64,000 nt of DNA. Source: Camelus dromedarius (Eukaryota). Below, one piece after another: positions 10,786 through 20,600 of the stretch. The DNA lies in assembly GCF_036321535.1 (NCBI RefSeq), contig NC_087437.1, positions 38,070,001 through 38,134,000 of the forward strand. The letters are read 5' to 3'. The position numbers and the translations under genes were made by a program. The notes under the pieces are model-generated. The model searched no databases, was not told where the DNA came from, and saw only the letters and a list, made by a program, of their open reading frames with translations. The stretch's first letter is position 1, and every line of letters begins with the position of its first letter.

Positions 10786-13700
10786 AATTAGTGTTCCCAA
10801 TTTTGATACAACTGAATTTGTGCTAATACCAATAAAACGTATTATTGATGTATATAATATTTAACACTATTTATATACTATCATTATAATCACAATAAAT
10901 GTAATTTGTTATCTTCTAAAAATATTAAATAAATCATCATAATAATATAAAGGTTACTATAAACTTGACACTTACTAATGAAATTTATATTTTGCACAGC
11001 AAATATAAAATTAATACCAAAATATTTTGATTTTGTATGTAATTAATAAACATAACAGTTTTCACTGTGTATGTTAAAAAGTGGTCCTATAATATCTAAA
11101 AGGTTGTGATATCATTCCCATGTCACTTAGTTTGATTTACATAACTACTTGTATGTTTTTATTTATATTTTGTGCTGAGTAGAACTTAATGTTATATAAT
11201 ATGATTTATACGAATAATATTACTTTTTCAGCAATAGTATCTATGAGTCATCACCTTGTTATTAGTAATACAAGTAATTACACCTTGTAATTGTGAAAAA
11301 TGTAATTAGTAACATTCAAAAAAGCCGTTGTTAGCTTCTGTTCATTTCAAGAATTATGATATAATTCCAACTCACCTTTGTGCTACCTTTTGGAGACTGT
11401 TATATAGCATGTTATTAAATCTAGGTTTTAATATGAAAATATGCTTAGGTTCACATACTCATTGCTAGTGTAGGCTAATCTTTTTATATTTAGGTGCAGT
11501 ACTTTGTTTAAGTAAGCATTGCATTGGTCTTTTCATAATCTGGTATTCTCTAGTCTAATACGTTGCTCTGTAGTTTTAGCTTTTATGTTTTTAATATATA
11601 TTATCACATGATTAAGTAATTGAATGAAAGATAAATAAAGAACACTAAGAAATGTTATTAGTCTATATCTCTAAATCTTTATTAATAATTAAAATATTAG
11701 ATAAAACTTCATTATTTCCTGCTATAAATTCTGGTGTGAATTGACCACTGGCAGTTAAATAAACAGTTTAAACTCTGAGAATACTAAACATGCTTGTCAC
11801 AAAAAATGGAGTAAATTTTCACACCAAATACAACTGAGTATCTGAACTTAGATTAATTAACTTATTGTCATGATCTTTAATATTTGATCAAAGGGAGGAG
11901 CTTTTGTTTGGAATTACAAAAGAAAATGAATGATGGGGCTAGGAAGATGGAAGAACCTGAAAGCTAATGAATACGGCAGGGTCCAAGTTTATCAAATGCT
12001 CTAGGATATCAAAATCTACGGACAATTTTGGGAAAATATTCTAAACATAAAACAAAAACTTAAAAATTAAAAAAGGCAAAAAAATCATTTCCTATCTTTT
12101 GCATTTTTAATTCAGTTTTGAAATTAGTATTGAAATTCCTCAATTGATTTAAAAAATATGTAATGTTATGCTATAAGATATGGGTGTAATACTATTATTG
12201 ATATAGAGAGTTCTTTATTTGCCATGTACTTCTCATAATTGGATCTCAATCAAATGTTCAAAATAATTGGCCAGCCAAGGACTTCTTAAAGGTTGGTCAA
12301 GTCAATATTGACAATATTATTCTCTGAGTGTAATTTTCCTGTCTTTTAAAAAGTTAGAATATATATTTCTATGTTAAATTAAGGACACAACATGGTGGGG
12401 AAAGAGCCATCTAGACAATATGATCCAGAACAAGCACAACTAAAATGTATCAAATTAAAACAACTAAGCCTTTATACCAACCTAAAAAGCTTGTTTTGTT
12501 GTAGGCTAAGTGAAGTGGGGAAGTGAGGAAGTCTCTTTATAAATAGACTATACCACTGTCTTTCAGGGATCCTCCAGATACCCAATCAGCACTAAAAGGA
12601 TGTGTACAGACAGAAGACACTATGTTAGGTATGAGAATCAGGTCTGTGTCTGTCCTCATTCAGGAAGAACATTCACAAACTTTTCACTGTGCGATTAATT
12701 TGAACATTTAGTATTAGACAGATATCTTGGGTCTTCTTTGAAAGTTCAGTCTGTTCTCTGCTTGACATCTATTCGATTATCATTCTCTAACATTTGAGAC
12801 AGTCCAGTTTTGATAAAAATGAGCAGATTATGGCATGAAAGGATTAAAGGGAAGCCAACACGCAATTTAAATATATATTATTAATTGTTGCCAAGAAATT
12901 TGTAAATAAGATGCCATTTGCTAAGATGTTAGCTTCTATTTTAAAGACTGAAATGTGGAGTAGATCCCAAATATTTTCATCCAATTAAAGAAGCAGGACA
13001 TTAAAAACAAGCAACAACAGCAACAAATCTAGGAGAATAAAACAGAACTGTGTAAATCCAGTTAGAAATTTAATTTGCATCCAAAAGACCACATTATTTC
13101 AAGTTCACAGAGAATTCTAAAGATTGTCATTAAAATGAAAGCCACCCTTTAAAAGCTTATGCTTAACCTTAAAGTAACTACGTATTTATATAAGGGAAAT
13201 ATATTTATCATAGCTATAAGATAGTTTATATTATGGAAAGGATTATACAGACTAGTGAAAATAACTCCCAATTAAGTTTATTATCATGCAATATATTCAT
13301 TAAAAATTTAAAAATTATAAATAGAAATCAGAAATAATGATATAATTTTGTTCATATTTCAGGTTACTTTTTCATATATTTTATACTCAATGCTTAATCT
13401 TCTGGTTAAACAAGAACTAATATCATCAAAACAGAAGTAGATTTACAAAATTAAAGGATAACCAGAAAGTCGATATTTGTTTATTGTTTCTATAATAATA
13501 CAAATAAGAGCAAATGTAAAATACTTTGCTAATAACACACATATTAAAAGAAAGAGGACAAACAGGGCAAAAGGGACAAAAGTTTATAAATCAAATCAGG
13601 AAATAGATTTTCCTTTTAAATAAAAGAAGCAGACCTTTCCTTTGCCAATTGATACTGTTTGTTTCAGATGGCAAAATGCTGATTAAGAAAGTACTGTATA

Positions 13701-14162
13701 AAGCCAGACAATAAGAGAACTATTCATTTTAAGCCACTTTTAAAAAAGAGAAGAAGGAAAAACACAGAATCAAAAACCACTTTTTTACTCTTTTAGGGAG
13801 AAATTCACTAAACAGTGCATTTAAGGGTAAAAAACAGCATATAAAATGTTTTTCCTCAGGGGTTGCATTAGGAACATACATCACAGTGATTCCACAAGTG
13901 CTAAGTTCCTTTATACAAAGTTGAATAAATCCATTATTTCCTTAGCAGTTATATGGACCCAGTCTGCGTTCCCCGAATAACAGAAAGATTTGATGCAAGT
14001 AGCTGCTCCCTTGCTCCCTCTGTCCCATTTACAATGACTGTCGCCCCCAACAGAGCAGCAAAGGGGCACAGCAAACACGTGAAGTGTTCACATTCCTCCT
14101 ACAGAATGAGCTTCACAGTAACTTGCATCTCTACACGAGGATGTAAATTAAGAGCAACTTAC

Positions 14163-14286
14163 CCGACTCACTGATGATAAAGTTTGCAGGGAGTGGAAAC
14201 CATGCAATACTTCAGGGAAATGCAGTATGCAGCTGCTGCTCCAGGCTGTAAATTGGACCGCACTGACATTACAATCAACTGTTACT
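14163..14286 (-). other. BCHE: BCHE exon 1 (5' UTR); 5' end approximate
   Basis: The minus strand reads AGTAACAGTTGATTGTAATGTCAGTGCGGTCCAATTTACAGCCTGGAGCAGCAGCTGCATACTGCATTTCCCTGAAGTATT..., closely resembling the human BCHE mRNA leader. It ends in the consensus donor GAGTCGG|gtaagt (GT at 14162-14161). Confidence 0.88.
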
Positions 14287-15300
14287 GACAAAGCTCGCGA
14301 GAGCTGGCAACAGCAACTTGATCTAGAGGCAGCCAATCTTCACTTTCTGACATCTGTTCAGAGGCTAATAGTATGAATGCAGTGGTAGTTCATTTACAAA
14401 AGTATTACCGAGGCAGGCTTATGATTGCCGGCGCTTATCTAAAAGTGGAGGGGAAAAAATACAGAACCTTCTGTAACAGACGTTGAAATTGAACAGAAAA
14501 TAGTTTTTTTTTTAACATAACCAGAACTTTTACGATTTTTTCCTCTTTTATGGAACATACATCTTTGTTATGCTCTTTTTGATTTAAAGATATACATGTT
14601 GTTTTAAAGAAGTGCTGTTGTTGAAATCTTTGTTCCTTCGATCTGTGCCGATTATGTAGTTATAAAGGAGTGTAAAAGATTAAACAGGAAACAAAATAAT
14701 TACTCTGTAGGTAAAGCTAAGAAAATCAAAGGACTAGTTGTATTAATGAATGAACGTCTTTAATATGTATGTCCTGCCAACCTCCACGCCCCAGCACTCA
14801 TTTAAATTACACGGAACTCAATGTTGGTGATTCCCCAATCAGCGACCCTGCAGGCAGTCAAGTGTAACGAGAAGCCACGATTTTCTGGTTTAGACAAGGA
14901 AAATACACTGAAGAGTCGTCACTAAACTTTACAGAAAAGACATGTTTGTCAGCTGAACGTGGTGGAACTCTCCAGGAGGTATTTATGTCTCTCAGGCTTA
15001 TCTTCCTTGAATTAGGTATTTGGGAAAATGAAAGAACAACAACAACAACAACAACAACAACAAACAAAAAACAAAAACAAACCCTTTTTTGTTAACTGTT
15101 TAATACTTGACTTTTCAACGCCGTTACATTCTTTCTCTCGCAAATGCAAATGATCACTTTCACTTTAAAGTCTCATTTTTGGGCTCACTGTGGACTAACA
15201 GGTAGGCATGCAATTGTAGGTAGGGCCATTTTTTGTTTTTAAAGCATACTGTTTTTGTTTTTTAAACATAGTGTTTAAAATTTCAAACATGCAAATGTAA
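14287..15300 (-). promoter_or_regulatory. Putative TATA-less BCHE promoter region
   Basis: Lies immediately upstream of exon 1 with no obvious TATA box and locally more CpGs than the flanks. Contains GATA motif AGATAAG (14434-14440, minus) and two perfect octamers ATGCAAAT (15144-15151, 15289-15296). Confidence 0.55.
15035..15081 (+). repeat. (AAC)n microsatellite with A-rich tail
   Basis: About 9 perfect AAC units followed by aaacaaaaaacaaaaacaaa. Confidence 0.9.
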
Positions 15301-15399
15301 GATTGCCATTTGTTATTAGTACTATTTTGTGCATGTCATTATAATTGACAGTATATATAAATTATTTTGTTTTATTCTGGCAATATATGAGTTAAATAT

Positions 15400-15510
15400 T
15401 ACTAACCACATTTTCAGATGAGGACACTAAAGCTTCCTAAAGATCAGAAACTTGGCTGTATATATCTGATTCCTCCTGGAATCAGAATTTTAACCTAGAT
15501 TTGTCTGGTG
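15400..15510 (-). mobile_element. MIR fragment
   Basis: ccacattttcagatgaggacactaaag...agaattttaacctagatttgtctg. Confidence 0.55.
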
Positions 15511-15539
15511 TCATTTCATGTCAACTCTTTCCAAGATAG

Positions 15540-15926
15540 TGAAGGAGTATAAAGCAAACTAACCAACTGACTTCCCTGATGCGAAACTGTTTGCTGAGAA
15601 TAACTTTAACCCAGAGGTTATGCTCCAGGAAGGAGATAACAGGCTGATAATCTCAGAAGAATGGACAGACCTCCAGAGTTCCTCCTGATGATTCATTAAG
15701 GTGAAGAGGAATGTAGTGCTGATTGTTATCACCTTTTCTGTTCCTTCCAGTTTTTCTCCAAAAGGGGTTAAGACCCCAACCCCTAGATAATGCCTTTAAG
15801 GCATTATCCTGCTGTGACTCCCTTTGCCGGGCAAGGCAATGAAGCTGCTCTTTTCTTTGCTCCCAAAACTCTGCCTCCGAGCTCTAATTCACTTTCCATG
15901 GTGCAGAGGCCAATTTTTTGGTAACA
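15540..15926 (+). mobile_element. Solo LTR, ERV1-type (387 bp)
   Basis: TG (15540)...CA (15926) flanked by a perfect 4-bp TSD atag (15536-15539, 15927-15930). Has a degenerate polyA signal (gcaatgaagc) and U5-like 3' end ...caattttttggtaaca. Confidence 0.8.
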
Positions 15927-17506
15927 ATAGTAGCCACTTTGGTCTTTTAAAGTTCTCTTTCCTGGGAAAATTGCTGCTTAGCAGGCATTTATTAAGCAAT
16001 GACTTTCACAATCACAATGATTCATATTGTGTTTTGAATATAGTTCATTGTAATGACAACCTAGTTACACAAAGTTATAGAATGTATGGTCTATCTAAAA
16101 GGAAAAAAAAAGGTTTTTTTTCAGACATGGTACACTGACAGTTCTGCAGTGGGTACTTAAGTGATGGTATTTCTGTTTAAAATATAGTCACTCTGGTGAC
16201 CCATGTGAAAGAGAGTTCATTAGTTTAATATATGTTACTTTTTTATCCAAATGTCAAAATTCTTTCCTGCCACACAGCTCCACTAATTGTTTTCTTTGTG
16301 GGCATGTGGTTGGTCTTATTCCCAAACCCTGCAATTGCTGAGGGATGCTTTTGATGTTACTGAGTTCAGCAGAGCAGTTTCCATGCTCTTAATACCCCTC
16401 ACCACAATGAAAATATATCACATATATACATACTTGGTTTTCATCTTTAAATGGGAAGCGAAACAATAAAATAATCCATTACAAGAAGATTTTAATCTTT
16501 AACACATATTTAAACTAGGTGACTAGCAACAATAACTGATTACAGAATCTGGCAATTTTTCTTCCGTCCGATATCTTTGTTTCAGTGAACCATCTCTAGT
16601 TAACTGTCTCTTCAGTTCATTTGTCACCATGATTTCTCAGGTATGTCACATTATTTGATGCATTACTGCAGTGCATTTCTTCTTCCTGTCTTATTGGAGG
16701 ATTTCTTCCTTTGTGCCTCAACATACAGCTGCTACTTTACTTCTGTGATGTCATTATTTTTTTCACATGGAGCCAGCAGAAGGATGGTCGCAGGCAGTGA
16801 GTCTTGTTTCAGGCTTAGTAGACAAGCACTATTCTGTTACCTGACAGCCTTGATGGTTAATGATCATGCTGTTAGATGTTGAGAATGCCCTGTAAGTAAC
16901 ACTCCTGAAATACCACAGATGCTTGACACAACATTCATACCGCTCAGGTTTTGCAACCATATAAGCTGAAACTCTGGCAAGGCACCCCTTATGGTCTTGA
17001 CTGTGAACATTTTCTGTTAGTCTCTTACAGAGGCTTTTTGCTTTTAATGTTTCACTATAACAGTTACCACTGGTCTGGTTGTTTTCTACTTAGCAGCATT
17101 GAAGGAGTTTTGAGACAGTTTGGGAAATAATCATCCCGTATTGTATGTTAGTCTTCCTTAGGCATATTCATGGCACAAAAATGCCCTTATGTTTTATAAA
17201 TACTTCTAATTTTTTATAAGAACAATGCCTTCTATAAAGAAAATATGGTTACAAAAAATACCCAATATTTTACATTTCACAAAGATGGGAAATATCACTT
17301 GATGTATTCCATTCTAGCTTTTTAAAACTCAAAATACACAGTTACATTTATAGTTATATATAATAATAGTCAAATTGTTATTATGATTTTCCTATTTTTA
17401 AATTTTATTTCATAATATTAATTTTTATTAAAATATTGTAATGACTGAGAGATATATTATCAATGATTACACCATAATTTATTGTACTATTGTTACTTAT
17501 ATGAAG

Positions 17507-17672
17507 ATAATAATAATTTGCAAACACTTTCCTAAGCACTTTGAATATATTAACTGTTTTAAAACTCAAAACCACCTTTTAAGTAAGTACTATTATTATC
17601 CCAATTTTATGGTTCAGGAAATTTAGCCACAAAGGGCTTTAGTAACTTACCAAAAATCACACAAGTAATAAA
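17507..17672 (-). mobile_element. MIR SINE
   Basis: ctaagcactttgaatatattaac...aagtactattattatcccaattttatggttcaggaaa...gtaacttaccaaaaatcacacaagt. Confidence 0.75.
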
Positions 17673-18154
17673 CCATTTTCTAATTTTTTAACGTAAATAC
17701 TATTACAGTTGGCATTTTTGTAACTTTGGCTTATTTTCTTAGTTTATTTTCCCAGAAGTGGAGTAACTGAATGTAACTAGTAGAATGTAGTTTTGGGGGG
17801 AAGTTTTTTGCTTGTTTGTTGTTTGTTTGTTTGTTTTTGCAATTTTCTGAAGTCCTCAATAGACTGTTGAATAAGAATAGGTTTCCAACAATTCTGGCAA
17901 AAGGGGAAATATTCTTAATCAGAGTAAATCTGAACAAGTCTCTGGAGCAGAAAGACTAGGCATTCAAACCTGGATGTGGCAGGTGAGGTATTGGGTATTT
18001 AGAATTTGAAAAGTGCTCAACCCTACAAGCAACACAATTCTTTAAGAGTATGGCTGCACCTAATACGGAAGCGCCTGCAGGCAGTGACAGGCACTCCTAC
18101 TTCAGTAGGAGGTAAAACAAAGATTTCTTGGAGTCAAAGGAGAGTGAATGATGG

Positions 18155-18754
18155 TGAGACAGGAGGGAAAAGAGGAGGGCACAACCATTGAAAGAATGAC
18201 ATAGCAATTAGCACCAAGATGGTGAAAGATTCACCATCTTGAGCTTCATCATATGCTCATTGTAATACATTAGCTGCTAAATGGGACTCCTGTAGGTGCC
18301 ATGGCAGTTACAAGGTTGACCATAAAAGGTCAAAAAGTAGGTGATGACCCAATTCCTGGGAATCCCAGACCCTTCCCCCAAAGTAGTTGGAATAATCCCT
18401 TTACCTGTTAGCAGATGAAATTACTGAGCCCATAAAAATGTACAAACCCCACACCTCGTGGTTGCTCTCTCTTGCTTTCTGAGGTGGCCTGCACTCCATC
18501 TATGGAATGTATTTCTACAAAACACACCCCCTGCCCCAGCCATGCCTCATGGACTCTCTGGACCCCTGAGACAGCCTGCACTCTGTCTATGGAGTATGTA
18601 TCTCTCTGAATAAATCTACTTTCATTCTACCAAGGCTCACTCTTGGATTCTTTCCTGTGCAAAGCCAAGGACCCTCATTTGGCAGGGCAGGAACCAGGGA
18701 TTCAACTGAGACCTGAGACATGGCCACCCTCTCACACCCCATTTTTCTGTTTCA
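18155..18754 (+). mobile_element. MER41-like ERV1 LTR, copy 1
   Basis: TGagacaggaggga...tttctgtttCA. MER41-like blocks: accaagatgg, gtgccatggcagtt, ggaataatcc, cccataaaaat, ctctgtctatggagt, AATAAA (18609-18614), attctttcctgtg. Confidence 0.8.
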
Positions 18755-18757
18755 GTG

Positions 18758-19285
18758 TGAAACAGGAGGGAGGGGCCCTGGGCACAATCACTGAAGGAAT
18801 GACACAGCAATTGAAGACATAACAAACTGGTTAGAACCAAGATGGCAGAAGACTTGATTACCAGTAGACCTTGAGCCTTATGGTGCTCCCACAGGTGCCA
18901 TGACAGTTCCTAGGCTAACCACAAAAGGTCAAAAAGTAGGTAGGATCAAATTCCTGGAAATCCCCACCCTTTCCCCAGAATAGTTGGAATAATCCTCCTT
19001 ATTGACAAATGAAATTGTTGAGCCCATAAAAATTAACAGCCCCGCACCTTGTGTTTGCTCTCTCTTGACTTCTGAGATGGCCCATACTCTGTCTTTGGAG
19101 TGTGTATCTACTTTTAATTTAAGCCAAATACCCCCACACCTCTTGGCCTCTCCCTCTTGCCTTTTGAGATGGCCCACATTCTGTCTATGGAGTGTATATC
19201 TCCCTGAATAAACTAGCTTTCACTTTACTATTCCTTGCTCTGGAATTCTTTCCTGTGTGAGACAAGAACCTATTTTCTGGCAACA
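18758..19285 (+). mobile_element. MER41-like ERV1 LTR, copy 2
   Basis: TGaaacaggaggga...ttttctggcaaCA, colinear with copy 1. Contains ctcccacaggtgccatgacagtt, AATAAA (19207-19212) followed by ctagctttcacttta, and GAS motif TTCCTGGAA (18951-18959). Confidence 0.8.
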
Positions 19286-19679
19286 GTGGGAAGACTGAAG
19301 TAGCCCTGTGCTATTTATACTGGGATACAGGTTGTCTGTGTGAAAAGTTCTGGAAAAAGGTTTATAGGTACCAACAATCTGGTAAAAGTCTGAAACACTA
19401 GACTCTAAGGGGATAATTAAAATCAATAAAAAGCCACAGCTTCTGAGGAAATACGGTACTAAGCTCATTTTCATGGAACTGGCAAAGGCCGGAGAATCAT
19501 AGTAAGGAAGTAAATTCTGAAACTAAATGACACAGGGCTCGAGCAAAGAAAGAAGGAGAAACTCATTTTTTGAACATGAAAAAAGAGAGAATGAGAAGCA
19601 GCACCCTTCTTTGTTTATAATCTAACTTATTAAACTGACTTAAATTTACTCTTACCAGGCACTTGATTATCTTAGAGTT

Positions 19680-19862
19680 CTACTCTCAGAAAAATTGTAC
19701 ATTAGCATTCCACCAGATCAATTAGGTAGTCTTTAAAAATTCTGATTTCTGGGACACATCCTTGGGCTTTGATTTGAGTAGATCTGGGGTGGGATATTTA
19801 AAGTAGCCTCCTACATGAGATGGATTCAGGAAGTTCACCGACCTCACTCTGAGAGGCAGGGT
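19680..19862. mobile_element. MER5-like hAT fragment
   Basis: aaaaattctgatttctgggacacatcc...tgatttgagtagatctggggtggga...cactctgagaggcag. Confidence 0.5.
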
Positions 19863-19989
19863 CCTAGTGCCTGGCTGCTCAGAGAATTGTTATCTTGTAT
19901 TACAGTTTATCTTTTTTCTCCTATTTACTCATGTGCAATTACACCTCTTACTTTAAGCTAATTTATAAATGTACCAAATATAGTATTTT

Positions 19990-20600
19990 GCAGTCTACTT
20001 TCATATAACTGGTGCTATCATATATTTTTCTCCCATTTAATTTTATTGCCTATATCTTAATTGTTTTTATGGGTATACTATCATTTATCTAACTCATCTT
20101 TTGTTGTAAAGGTAGATTGCTTTGCATTTATCATGGAAATAGTGGTATAAAAATGGCCATAATAATTATAAATATTTTTACATATTTCTTATTTTTCATG
20201 GAATAATTATTTAAATCAGGATTGTTCAAAAGGTATGTACATTTTTATGACTAAAACACACACCACCAACTACCTCTACAAAATATTATCAATTTATACT
20301 CCCATAGGCGATTTAGAATGTGTTCCCTTTATGTTCAAAAGACAATTACATATTTTCCTATTTTTCCTTTTTCACTTGATAAAATATGGCTTTATGTTTA
20401 ATTCATTTTTATTACTGTGATCAGCCATATTTTCATGTCTTTATTAGTTTCCTGAAATGTAACTTTTTAATTTAGATGTTACTATTTTAGCACATTTTCA
20501 ATATCATGTTCTCTTTCTTCATATAAATGTATATGATAACATATGTATGTACATATATGTGACTATTATTTTCCTCAATTATTTCATTATTATTTGGAGG
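19990..20600 (-). mobile_element. Very decayed L1ME-like fragment
   Basis: T-rich, with tatcatttatctaactcatc...aggtagattgctttgcattt typical of reverse old L1 3' regions. Confidence 0.4.

Larger units (their letters stand above)
9001..14162 (-). other. BCHE: BCHE intron 1 (5162 bp)
   Basis: Bounded by gtaagt at 14162 and a polypyrimidine tract plus AG at 9001. Confidence 0.85.

Noticed and set aside
14148..14336. 62-aa ORF over exon 1 in the ORF track
   Set aside because: It has a non-ATG start upstream of the likely TSS and runs through the donor into the intron. The ATG-initiated uORF is in another frame.
18155..19285. Provirus with paired LTRs
   Set aside because: Only 3 bp separate the LTRs; there is no PBS, gag, pol or env.
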